64,000 nt of DNA from a virus, in the IMG/VR virus record IMGVR_UViG_3300044940_000489, positions 55,537 through 119,536 of that record. One strand, 5' to 3'. A program made the translations under genes and the position numbers. Under the pieces are notes generated by a model, which did not search any database, was not told where the DNA came from, and was given only the letters and a program-made list of their open reading frames with translations. Positions 27,378 through 36,771 of this stretch are shown piece by piece (the stretch's first letter is position 1; each line of letters opens with the position of its first letter).

Positions 27378-28008
27378 CTTCTGGCTCCTTGGAATTTTTT
27401 CCAGCCAATGCGGCCAGTATCTGAGATTGCATGCTGTCTGTTATCTTTATGTTTTCGGCGCCCTGAACATTAACATTTACGGATGATTGAGTCTTGATCT
27501 CTTGCTTCGTAACTCTCTCTTCTCCTGTAATCTTCTGTAATATCTCAATTAAAGTTTTGTAGCTGGTAGAGCCCGTAACGAATGTCTCGGGCTTGTCCTC
27601 TTCTTTGCCGGTTTGCATATATCTCATCATTTTTTCATTTTCAGATTTATGCACAACAGACAGCTGATTAGTAATAAATTCGATAGCCTCAAGCTTATGC
27701 TTAAGCAGGCGCTCCCTGGTTCTGGAAGCCAATTCCTCCATGTATCTTTCTTTTTGGGAATCCCAATCGTATTTTTTTCTACAGTATAGGATATCCACCT
27801 CTGTGAATGGCGGATTGGCCTTAGCAATACTCGCACAAGAGTATCCCTCAAGGTAAAGGGCCATCATTTGGGCAGATAAAGTCGCGCCAACCGGCCTTAC
27901 GCCGGTTTCTTTGGCTTCCTCCAGAAGAGCTATCTCCCGCTCCGTAAAGCTATCTGGATAGGCCGTGCCTTCAGCGTCACTTTTTATGGTTATATTTTTG
28001 TTCGTCAT
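27370..28008 (-). CDS. Putative terminase small subunit
   Basis: N-terminal HTH (LYLEGYS...IA...W); immediately upstream of and overlapping terL. Confidence 0.55.
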   Translation of the reverse strand: MTNKNITIKSDAEGTAYPDSFTEREIALLEEAKETGVRPVGATLSAQMMALYLEGYSCASIAKANPPFTEVDILYCRKKYDWDSQKERYMEELASRTRERLLKHKLEAIEFITNQLSVVHKSENEKMMRYMQTGKEEDKPETFVTGSTSYKTLIEILQKITGEERVTKQEIKTQSSVNVNVQGAENIKITDSMQSQILAALAGKNSKEPEDE

Positions 28009-28426
28009 AATACATTTCTACTGTGGTATCTGGCCACAGCATATCTTGCGTCCATGTTTCCAAATTAATAAAAGCCTGTTTCATTTCGTTTTTATATTTC
28101 TTTCCTGGGGCGTATATCAGCTTAAGCGGAGAAAACTTGCTTCTTTTTACGGGCTTTGTTTCATAAGACACAGAGCCGTCGATTTCGACTGTGCCCTCAG
28201 CCGATAGCTTGTAGTATTTCTTAGTATAAACCCAATATGTAACTTTTTTTAAGTTGGGCTCTACCATTGCATATCCGTCAATAGAGATATTGCAGCAAGC
28301 TATGGGCCAATACTTCAGCTGTAACTCGTGAAACGAGTGCAATACTCCGTATTTCGTAAAAAGCAACTTTGCTAGCATGTACTGGTTTTGCCGAGATTCG
28401 GAACTAACTTCTGAAGCCTTAGCCAT
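27977..28426 (-). CDS. Hypothetical protein
   Basis: Overlapping co-oriented ORF. Confidence 0.5.
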   Translation of the reverse strand: MAKASEVSSESRQNQYMLAKLLFTKYGVLHSFHELQLKYWPIACCNISIDGYAMVEPNLKKVTYWVYTKKYYKLSAEGTVEIDGSVSYETKPVKRSKFSPLKLIYAPGKKYKNEMKQAFINLETWTQDMLWPDTTVEMYYDEQKYNHKK

Positions 28427-29406
28427 ATAGATTCCCTTATATTTTGTGGTTCTTCAATAATATTAAATACATAATAATGCAGCAACTGTTCTATTGTATT
28501 TTTTCCTGCATCAGCGTCAATCTTGCTATTAAATGTTTTCAATATATTTGGAACTATCTTTAAATTTTGAGCAGATTCCAAATCTTTTGATATATTTTTA
28601 CAAAACTCTTCCGTCCCAGTCAGAGTGACTCTAATTTTAGATAGCGGATCATTATTGTTTTTAAGGGCTGACACTATTGAACTGCTATCTTGTCCTTCCA
28701 CTATTTCGGCCCTATACTGGGTTCTTACCCAGCCTAAAGTACTAACTGGGATTAGCGAGTCCGAGTCCGAGTAATGTATAAAAATATTTTTAGATTCTTT
28801 CGATCCCAGTTGAAAAAACTCGGCTGAGCTTACTGGCCTTGGTGTCCCTATATATGTAATATTGGCTACGGATTGCGATGAATGTATATGTCCTGCTATA
28901 ACCCTTTTGTACTGAGACACAGATTCTACTGAGAAACCGTCTGGGGCATAGAATCCATTCTCGTAAGTGGCGCCGTTAAAAGTTTGATGACAAACTAAAT
29001 ATTGTGCGTCAGGCAGTAATTTTTTAAAATCGTCTTCTGAATGAGTGAATCCTATTAATCCATACGGCCCCAGTACCAATGGGCCGCTATTTTCATCAAT
29101 TACGGTTACTAAATGCGAAAGGGTCTGCCGCACTGCATTAATTTTAGTAGACGTAGGGGAGCTGCCATCATGATTTCCTGCAAGTATATAAATTGCATTA
29201 CTTTTGGAAAGCCTGCGCAGATTGTCTTGGAGCAGATCCACTACTTCTTGCCTTACAACCGAATGGGTATGGAATATATCCCCTAAAAACACAATGGCGT
29301 CAACTGCATGCTCTGTTGCAGTTTTTTCAATAAGTTTAAAGAGATTGGAAGTCTCCTCTAGATTATTTACTTGTACATGTAAGTCGCCGACCAATAGTGC
29401 CTTCAA
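28372..29406 (-). CDS. SbcD/Mre11-like metallophosphoesterase nuclease
   Basis: GDLH, LGDIF, AGNHD and GHIH motifs. Confidence 0.85.
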   Translation of the reverse strand: MKALLVGDLHVQVNNLEETSNLFKLIEKTATEHAVDAIVFLGDIFHTHSVVRQEVVDLLQDNLRRLSKSNAIYILAGNHDGSSPTSTKINAVRQTLSHLVTVIDENSGPLVLGPYGLIGFTHSEDDFKKLLPDAQYLVCHQTFNGATYENGFYAPDGFSVESVSQYKRVIAGHIHSSQSVANITYIGTPRPVSSAEFFQLGSKESKNIFIHYSDSDSLIPVSTLGWVRTQYRAEIVEGQDSSSIVSALKNNNDPLSKIRVTLTGTEEFCKNISKDLESAQNLKIVPNILKTFNSKIDADAGKNTIEQLLHYYVFNIIEEPQNIRESIWLRLQKLVPNLGKTSTC

Positions 29407-29407
29407 G

Positions 29408-29698
29408 TTAAGCCTCTTTTTTTTGAACAGCTACAGCTAAGCTAATAGGCAACAGCACAAACTCGACTCCATTCAAAGAAGATATTTTTTGTACAGTTGG
29501 GTGATTATAAATATCCCCACGAAAATACACAATATCGCCTCGCTTGAGGTCGTTTGGTCCATCCATTACCAATTCGGAGCTTACTAAATCTCTGAAAAGC
29601 TTGTCCGTCCTAACAAATCTAGCATTAGCGCTCTCAACCTGCTGTGCATGATTAAATTGAATAGGCTTAATAGCGATATTGTCATGTAATGTCTTCAT
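29408..29698 (-). CDS. GroES-like co-chaperonin
   Basis: 96 aa; MKTLHDNIAIKP...LKRGDIVYF...NGVEFVLL parallels the GroES pattern; a GroEL gene is nearby. Confidence 0.7.
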   Translation of the reverse strand: MKTLHDNIAIKPIQFNHAQQVESANARFVRTDKLFRDLVSSELVMDGPNDLKRGDIVYFRGDIYNHPTVQKISSLNGVEFVLLPISLAVAVQKKEA

Positions 29699-30695
29699 GC
29701 TTAATGACTCCCTTTAGGACTAGTATTTTTTTTTGAACAATAGACATTTTATCAATATTTTCAGATATTTGCAACAGTAAATTTTTAGCTTCTACAAGAT
29801 CATATGCAGAGGCAGCCTCGCCGTTATCTAAGTCCACGAAATCAGACACTAAATGGTCCTCGTATCCGTTTATTGGTGCATCTAGCGAAAAGTACTTGGT
29901 GGAATTAATTAGATCTGCTATATCTTCTTCTGCTATTTTTAAGACTTCCGACAATTCCGGTACGTTAATTGATCCAGTCTGCTTTTGAAGTGCCTTTTTT
30001 AATGAGTAGAGCTTCTTTTGGCCATGGCTGCCAAGCGTAGCAGCGGAAGAATGCGAGGTTTGAACTGTTAGCAGATGGCTTAATATGAATCCAACGGCCA
30101 TTTGATGGAACTTAGAGTTGGCTCCGAGCACATATTTGTCTACCGCATTTAGTAATCCCTCGTTGGCTGCGGATATAAAATCTGAAAAATCAACTGATCC
30201 CGATTTATTTTTAGAACTGAAGACCTTTGCCTTATTAAGTGCCATGTACAAGTATTGATTTATAATCTCATTACGAATAACTGACATTTCATTCATTAGC
30301 TTAGACACTTTATCTTTTTTTGGGCCGGATACGCCCTCTAATTTTCTCATTGCAAAGGCACAGAATCTAAAATTGATGGGCAATCGGTACATATCTTTCA
30401 TGTTGGCCCTTTTAATTGCCTTATTGACTACTGGCATAAAATTAGAAAGGCGCTCTCTAAAATATCCTCTGGCCTCTCTCAGGTCCGAGGACTCTACGTT
30501 AATGTAGTAAACGAAGGCTCTGTAAACTTCTCGTCCTTCTTTAAAGGATCGTAGGCACTTGGCAAATTCTTTTTCTAATTTAATAAGATTTTTAAATTTA
30601 TCATTCGTATCAAAATCAGTACTATATTGCGCCTCTGCGGCCAATTCTTTTAGGTATAATTGCAAAATATTGATTTCTTCGGCTTGATTTTTCAT
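29682..30695 (-). CDS. Phage sigma70-family factor
   Basis: Region 2 DFSDFISAANEGLLNAVDKY and region 3 FSLDAPI; appears to end before a full region 4.2 HTH. Confidence 0.8.
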   Translation of the reverse strand: MKNQAEEINILQLYLKELAAEAQYSTDFDTNDKFKNLIKLEKEFAKCLRSFKEGREVYRAFVYYINVESSDLREARGYFRERLSNFMPVVNKAIKRANMKDMYRLPINFRFCAFAMRKLEGVSGPKKDKVSKLMNEMSVIRNEIINQYLYMALNKAKVFSSKNKSGSVDFSDFISAANEGLLNAVDKYVLGANSKFHQMAVGFILSHLLTVQTSHSSAATLGSHGQKKLYSLKKALQKQTGSINVPELSEVLKIAEEDIADLINSTKYFSLDAPINGYEDHLVSDFVDLDNGEAASAYDLVEAKNLLLQISENIDKMSIVQKKILVLKGVIKHEDIT

Positions 30696-32149
30696 GTGAT
30701 TTCCGTACGAGATACTGGCCCCACCTCTTTATAGTAGCCTTCGCGTACCATGGCGTGATTGCGTAGCTGGGGCACATCTTTAATAATAAAATCAACAATT
30801 TTGGCCTCAGTCTTGCCAGACGCGGCATGTATTCTGGTGCTGCGTCCGATGGGCCCCTGCTTTACCTTGGTTCCTGCCCTATTACCTTGCCAATTAATAG
30901 TTAGCCTTACTGGAAGAAAATTGGTACCAGTCGAGACGGCGGAAGTCCCGACAACGCACATGATCTTGCCTTTATTAAAGTCTTCGCAAATCTGAGTGAC
31001 ATCTGAATCTCCGGATGCATACTGATAAGCCGTGCGCATGTGCTTTTTTAAGAGATGTTCTTGGCTATGCTCATCTACAAGGATTAAAGTTGGCATTCCT
31101 GCATTTACAGCCTTTTCTGCCATATCGGATATAATTCTTGCTATAGTTTCATTATTATATAAATGCACTTGATTCATCTTCACCATATTATTGCTGTTGT
31201 ACTCTGGATTAGGTGAGCCGACCTCAATCATTAGAGTAGACAACTTTGCCAGGAATCCTTCTTCTTGAAGCTCCTGAATAGTTTTAAGATACACGCAAGG
31301 GCCGATAATGGCTTCTAAAAGCGTATTTTTGCCGTCATTTCTCTCTGGCGTTGCAGTTGTAAACCATCTGTAAGGAACTTTAGAGAGCAGGTCATGGCAT
31401 ACTTTTTCAAAAGTATTGGCCGGTGTCAGGTGGCATTCGTCGAATATCATGGCATCAAAATTAGAGATATACTTAAATGACTCACTATTCTCTGTGACTC
31501 TAACCAGAGACTGTGCCGTTGCTACGACAATTTTTTTGTCGTACTGCTTTTTACTTCCACCGTACATGCCAACATTTTTCTTTCCAAATGCCCTTATAAG
31601 GTCTTCGTGTAGCTGATCGCATATAGAACTTGATGGAGCGATAACTATTGTCTTAAGTCCCAATCTTTTGACCAAATTAGTTATAACGATACTTTTGCCC
31701 GAACCAGTCGGAAGGCTTACGTGCGAATGCGGATTTTCTAGCAATCGCTCAACCGCAGCCTCCTGATAATAATACATAGAATATTTTGGAACTTCGTTCC
31801 ATGGTATTAGTTTAGGCTGTGGGTATACGACATTATTTTCAACTTGGCAGTCAAAACTTGCTTTAAGTCTATTCGCCAATCCAGGATATGTCCATAGCCC
31901 GTACTCGTCTTCAAATAGAACCGTTTTAACGAGCTGCTTATTAAGATTGGATAACTGATTTTCTACCCACTCATTGCCATATCTTTGACGCAAATAAAAA
32001 TTTTTTTTGAGATTTTTAATTTGCATCTCAACAGTTTTGTCTTTAAAAGACAGCATTTTTCTTAAAGAGTCTACCTGGGACTGTGAATCCACATATATTC
32101 TCATTTTTATGGGCGTCTCTATAATAATTTTCACCCTGTGGATCTCCAA
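30692..32149 (-). CDS. SF2 helicase (UvsW-like)
   Basis: PTGSGKS, FDECH, TATPER and Q..IGR.TR motifs. Confidence 0.9.
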   Translation of the reverse strand: MEIHRVKIIIETPIKMRIYVDSQSQVDSLRKMLSFKDKTVEMQIKNLKKNFYLRQRYGNEWVENQLSNLNKQLVKTVLFEDEYGLWTYPGLANRLKASFDCQVENNVVYPQPKLIPWNEVPKYSMYYYQEAAVERLLENPHSHVSLPTGSGKSIVITNLVKRLGLKTIVIAPSSSICDQLHEDLIRAFGKKNVGMYGGSKKQYDKKIVVATAQSLVRVTENSESFKYISNFDAMIFDECHLTPANTFEKVCHDLLSKVPYRWFTTATPERNDGKNTLLEAIIGPCVYLKTIQELQEEGFLAKLSTLMIEVGSPNPEYNSNNMVKMNQVHLYNNETIARIISDMAEKAVNAGMPTLILVDEHSQEHLLKKHMRTAYQYASGDSDVTQICEDFNKGKIMCVVGTSAVSTGTNFLPVRLTINWQGNRAGTKVKQGPIGRSTRIHAASGKTEAKIVDFIIKDVPQLRNHAMVREGYYKEVGPVSRTEIT

Positions 32150-33516
32150 TAAGGTAAGTTTTTATATCTCTTAACTTCAGAAAAATTCTTTAAAAAGCTA
32201 TTAAGCTGCTGCTTATATTTATTACGATTATATCTAATTTCTAGTATTGACTCAAATTTTTTCTGCTTTGTAGAGTAATGTGTATTGTATGCAAAATATA
32301 ATTCTCTGGGATTTTCTACTAGGGAAGATTCAGCAGCATGGGCTTCTGCTCGCTTAAATAAATACTCAGCGGCAAAATCAAACGCCATGGCAATTTTATT
32401 TTTAGTTTCAGAGTTTTTAGCCGCCATAAATACTTTTTCAATATTATTGAATGTTATTCGGCGCTTAGGCTTGTAAATCGCTTTGCTGCTTGCCACTCTT
32501 ATTTGGTATGTCCTAGACCTAACTCCTGGGCAAAATGTCGCATCTGTGCATATACGCCACTTTAATTTAACTGCCGCATCAGACAGCATCTTATACCCTG
32601 TATGGAACCATTTCTTTTCTAGTGCTGCGTTTATCTCTACTGGACGTTTAACGCGATTTTGAATAGTAGACATTAAAGCCAGATATTTTAAGTACCTCAA
32701 ACAACTTTTAACTGTAATCCTGTACTTAGCTAGCTGTTCAGAAAAATCCTCCGGAAAATAGCCATTTTTTTTAATAATTTTAAATTTTAATATTTTTTCA
32801 CATTCATTATAAAGCCTTTCTGCAGCTGACCTGAACGCCTTTTCGTCTTTAAAATACCTTAGAAAGACTCCTGCGTTATTGGCATTGCAGTATCTCAGAA
32901 CTTCCTCTACTGTCAATTTTTTAGCCATTTTTATGGCTGTATCCTGATTTTTAATAAAATATTCAAAATGAGTTCTTTTTCCTAAAATGCCTTTTACAAG
33001 CTTCGGCTTAGATAGCATATATTCGATTTTAGGTACAAAGTATTTAAAAAACGAATCTCGATTAAATACTTTAAAATATTTAGGAAATCCAGATTTTGAA
33101 AGATCAACTTGAGCCTCTACCAGTTTATCTCTTAGTACTCTAAATAAAGCATATAGGGCCATTGTATTAATATTAATTTTATTGTCTTTAAACTCAAAAA
33201 TCTCAGAATTAGATCTATTTAAATCTATTAGATTTCTATTCATTTCCCCCGTAAACCAATAATGAAGGGCGTAAGACTTCTTGCTATGAAAAAATGGCCT
33301 AATAAGTTCTCCATGCTTTAAAGAGCTGTAGTACCCTTTAAAAAAGAAATCAAATAACTTTTTTTCATATATTAAAGAATCCCTTCCATCTGAATCAGTT
33401 TTAAACATAGGGTGATGCATTTGAGCAAAAATAGCCAAATGAGCATTATTAAGATCTTCTTTAAAAGAACTTAAAGAATATGAAAGTAGGTATTCTTCTA
33501 ATTGCATTCCCCTCAA
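32131..33516 (-). CDS. Basic, AT-rich hypothetical protein
   Basis: 461-aa K/F/Y-rich ORF; GGAGGGG RBS before a TTG start. Confidence 0.6.
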   Translation of the reverse strand: MRGMQLEEYLLSYSLSSFKEDLNNAHLAIFAQMHHPMFKTDSDGRDSLIYEKKLFDFFFKGYYSSLKHGELIRPFFHSKKSYALHYWFTGEMNRNLIDLNRSNSEIFEFKDNKININTMALYALFRVLRDKLVEAQVDLSKSGFPKYFKVFNRDSFFKYFVPKIEYMLSKPKLVKGILGKRTHFEYFIKNQDTAIKMAKKLTVEEVLRYCNANNAGVFLRYFKDEKAFRSAAERLYNECEKILKFKIIKKNGYFPEDFSEQLAKYRITVKSCLRYLKYLALMSTIQNRVKRPVEINAALEKKWFHTGYKMLSDAAVKLKWRICTDATFCPGVRSRTYQIRVASSKAIYKPKRRITFNNIEKVFMAAKNSETKNKIAMAFDFAAEYLFKRAEAHAAESSLVENPRELYFAYNTHYSTKQKKFESILEIRYNRNKYKQQLNSFLKNFSEVKRYKNLPYWRSTG

Positions 33517-33697
33517 ACCACCCCTCCTTTACCTCATAGAGGTATCCTTTCTATGAGGATGGTGCATTTTTACGCTTAAACACAGTATTAACATAAATGA
33601 TTACCCAGTCAACCATAACAGTTAATTTTTTGTTGATTAGATCTTAAAAAATGGTAATATAAACATAACGATAGACTTATAAGGAGATTTATACTAC

Positions 33698-36460
33698 ATG
33701 AAAGAATTTGCTAAATCAAAAACCGCAAGCAAAACAATAACTTCTGATTCAAATAAGATTCAGAAGGTAGTATTAGAGACCCTTCATCAGGCTAGTCAGC
33801 TCGTAGGCTCAACCTTGGGTCCTAACGGCAAAATCGTTTTAATTGAGCGTCAAGAAAATATTGGGCCATATGTTACCAAAGACGGTATTACAGTTTTTAA
33901 TTCCATGGCTTTTGCAGATCCCACGAAACAGGCAATTCTAGAAGCAGCTAGGGATAGTTCTTCAAAAACTAATGTGGAGGCAGGTGATGGACCACAGCCA
34001 TTATATAGTAAAGTTTTGACTCCAAGCGGCTTTGTCCAAATGAAGGACGTATCCGTTGGCATGAAAATTAGCGGAACAAACGGAACTACTCAGACCGTTT
34101 TGGGGGTATATCCAAAAGGCCTAAAAGAAATATACGAAGTTGAATTTGAGAATAAGGGCGTAGTCGAGTGCTGTGAAGATCATATTTGGTCGGTATCGTA
34201 TAATAAAAATAATAAAAATAAGACAACCAAAGAACTTTACAGGGATTATGTAAAAACAAGTGGCGGATATAAGAAATATAAGTATTTCGTGCCACGAACT
34301 GTAGTTGAATTTAAGAGCAGCGAGACAGCAATGCCACTGGACCCATACCTAGTAGGACTATTGATTGGGGGCGTGACGGTAAGGGATTCTGGAAGCTTTG
34401 AGCTATTTTTAGGCGCTGACAAAAAACATATTATTGAAAAATTAGTTGTTCCAGCAGGTATTACTAAGTCTGTTCAATTTATTAAAGACGAAAATTATTA
34501 TAGAGTGCAGCTTGCAGGAACTGACAAGCACAATCGCTCTATTCAGCATATTTTGAAGCAAATAGGGCTCAAAAATGCCCCCAGCAGCACAAAGCATATA
34601 CCACAAGCTTATTTATACAGCTCAATGACTGCTAGAAAACAATTGCTACAGGGCCTTATAGATTCTGACGGGTACATCAATAAGAAAGGCATGTTTGAGT
34701 TTAATACTACATCAGAACAATTCGCACATGATGTCAAGCAGCTTTGCAGCAGCTTGGGCCTTACTACGCTTATTAGCAGGAAAAACCGCTCTAAAGTTAA
34801 TCCTGATACTACGAGCATTCGCATTGCTCAATTGAAAGGCCATAAATTAGGAGACAAGATTATTCGCATCACTCCAACCGGACGCTTTACGGAAATGCAA
34901 TGCATCAAGGTAAGCAATCCGGACAGCCTGTACATAACTGATAACTATGTCGTCACTCACAATACTACTTCCGCTACAATTTTGGCAGAAGCCCTTATTA
35001 GGCTTGGATTGAACTATCTGCGCGAAAATCCTAGGGTTTCCACTCAAAAGGTAATGAGAGAGCTTGAGCAGGCGTATAATGAGTTTGTTGTGCCATTTAT
35101 CCAAGACAACGCCATTAAGATTACCACTGAAAACGACGAGGACCTTTTAAAGAAGGTAGCCCTTGTAGCCACTAACTACGACCAAGAAATGTCAGAAGCA
35201 GTAATTCAGGGATTTGGCGAAGTTGGGCACAGCGGGAATATTACTATCGCAGAGGCTCCCGGAGTTAGTGGTTTTGAAGTTGAAAAGGTAGAGGGCTTCC
35301 ACATTGCAAAGGGATTTGAAGAGACTTGCGGTCGTTTTATTGAAGAGTTTATTAACGACAAGGGCAATTACAGAACCCTGCTCGAGCGCCCCAAGTTCTT
35401 GCTTTATAATGGTAAAATTAACGATATTAGCCAAATCATGAAAGTTCTTGAGATTTTTGGCGATGCGTCAGATAGCGTTAAGTACGGAAAGAACGCCATT
35501 AGCCCCAACTTAGTTGTCGTAGCGCATCACTTCTCTGAGTCTGTCCTGGCTATTCTGGCAGCTAATTTTAGAAACCCCACTTCAATAAACGTATTGCCTC
35601 TGAAGACTCCAATGACGATTCAGGCTAATAGCCCATATCATTTCTTGCTAGATCTGGCAGCTTTTGCCGGAGCCACAGTTTTTGACCCGCTTTCTAGACC
35701 GCTAGAAACAGTGGAAATTGCCGATCTTGGCCTCGATACTATGCAGCTATTCGAGTTTGGTCGATTTAAGAGTACTGTAATAGGTCGCCCAGAAGAGATG
35801 TTTTTAATGCCACGAGTTGAGGAGCTGCAGCATCAGCACAGAAACGCCGAAAGCAGTATGGACGCAGAGCTTCTTAATGAGCGAATTGCCATCCTTACGG
35901 GCGGGATTGCACGAATTAAAGTACTGGGAAGCTCCGAAGCCGAGCTTAAGGAAAAGCGCCACAGGGTGGAAGATGCTGTTGCGTCTATTAAGGGTGCCAT
36001 TAAATACGGAGTTCTTCCAGGATGCGCAAAGACCATGCTTACGCTGTCCAAATTGATTAGCGCCAATGAAGATCTGCCTCGCTCAGTCAGGCACATTATG
36101 GGCAAGGCTTTTGCTGAGCCATTCCGTCGTATTTTGGATAACGGAGGCTATCACGCAGATGAGATTAAAGAAGTGGCGCAAAAGATTACATCGCAAAACT
36201 TCTATTATACCTACGACGCTCTAAATCAGAAGTTTGGCGATGCCATTGAGCTTGGAATCTTGGATTCGGCAGCAGCAGTTAATATGGCCATCAAAAATAG
36301 CTTGTCTGTGTCTAAAATGCTAATGGGACTAAGCGGAGTCGTTGTCTTTACTAGGGATGCAGAGCTTGAGCGCCAAGAAGCCAGGGACTACTATTCTGAA
36401 CAAAGAGCTATGAAGGAAGCAATTGAAAATCAAGAACGAGACATGTGGCAGCCAGATTAG
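33698..36460 (+). CDS. groEL: Phage GroEL-like chaperonin with intein
   Basis: TLGPNG, VTKDG.TV, AGDG|TTSAT, ERIA.L.GGIA.I, RVEDA and GVLPG motifs; 596 aa after splicing. Confidence 0.9.
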   Translation: MKEFAKSKTASKTITSDSNKIQKVVLETLHQASQLVGSTLGPNGKIVLIERQENIGPYVTKDGITVFNSMAFADPTKQAILEAARDSSSKTNVEAGDGPQPLYSKVLTPSGFVQMKDVSVGMKISGTNGTTQTVLGVYPKGLKEIYEVEFENKGVVECCEDHIWSVSYNKNNKNKTTKELYRDYVKTSGGYKKYKYFVPRTVVEFKSSETAMPLDPYLVGLLIGGVTVRDSGSFELFLGADKKHIIEKLVVPAGITKSVQFIKDENYYRVQLAGTDKHNRSIQHILKQIGLKNAPSSTKHIPQAYLYSSMTARKQLLQGLIDSDGYINKKGMFEFNTTSEQFAHDVKQLCSSLGLTTLISRKNRSKVNPDTTSIRIAQLKGHKLGDKIIRITPTGRFTEMQCIKVSNPDSLYITDNYVVTHNTTSATILAEALIRLGLNYLRENPRVSTQKVMRELEQAYNEFVVPFIQDNAIKITTENDEDLLKKVALVATNYDQEMSEAVIQGFGEVGHSGNITIAEAPGVSGFEVEKVEGFHIAKGFEETCGRFIEEFINDKGNYRTLLERPKFLLYNGKINDISQIMKVLEIFGDASDSVKYGKNAISPNLVVVAHHFSESVLAILAANFRNPTSINVLPLKTPMTIQANSPYHFLLDLAAFAGATVFDPLSRPLETVEIADLGLDTMQLFEFGRFKSTVIGRPEEMFLMPRVEELQHQHRNAESSMDAELLNERIAILTGGIARIKVLGSSEAELKEKRHRVEDAVASIKGAIKYGVLPGCAKTMLTLSKLISANEDLPRSVRHIMGKAFAEPFRRILDNGGYHADEIKEVAQKITSQNFYYTYDALNQKFGDAIELGILDSAAAVNMAIKNSLSVSKMLMGLSGVVVFTRDAELERQEARDYYSEQRAMKEAIENQERDMWQPD
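33992..34963 (+). mobile_element. Class-3 intein (324 aa) with LAGLIDADG-type endonuclease
   Basis: Starts PQPLYSKVLTP (no Cys/Ser at position 1); W in CCEDHIW, C in EMQCIKV, T in VVTHN|T; LQGLIDSDG. Confidence 0.9.
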
Positions 36461-36483
36461 AAACTTTTTAATAGGGGATAGCT

Positions 36484-36771
36484 ATGCTTATTAAATATAA
36501 ATGCAATCTTTGCGATAATGAAATTCAAAAGTATTTTCATAAAACTGATAAGCAGGCCAATTTTCTTAATTGCCAATGTGGTGGCGTTCTTGAGCGCCAA
36601 GTTCCAGATTTTGGAACAACTAGCCTAGAATACGTTGACAATGGAGTGTCTGCAAAAAGGGTGGAGCTAAGAAAAGATGCCGTGCTACGCGCAAAAGAGC
36701 GTGGCGATAAATATATTGAGGCTAAGGCTAATGCTGCTACAGTTTTAGGCAAAAAAGAAGGCCAAGACTGA
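36484..36771 (+). CDS. Zinc-ribbon (FmdB-like) protein
   Basis: YKCNLC...CQCGG.LER. Confidence 0.65.
   Translation: MLIKYKCNLCDNEIQKYFHKTDKQANFLNCQCGGVLERQVPDFGTTSLEYVDNGVSAKRVELRKDAVLRAKERGDKYIEAKANAATVLGKKEGQD

Noticed and set aside
34431-34445. TTAT+TGAAAA matches to putative guide 1 (also at 50821)
   Set aside because: Only 6 nt match, which is expected by chance in AT-rich DNA. No full self-target was seen by eye.
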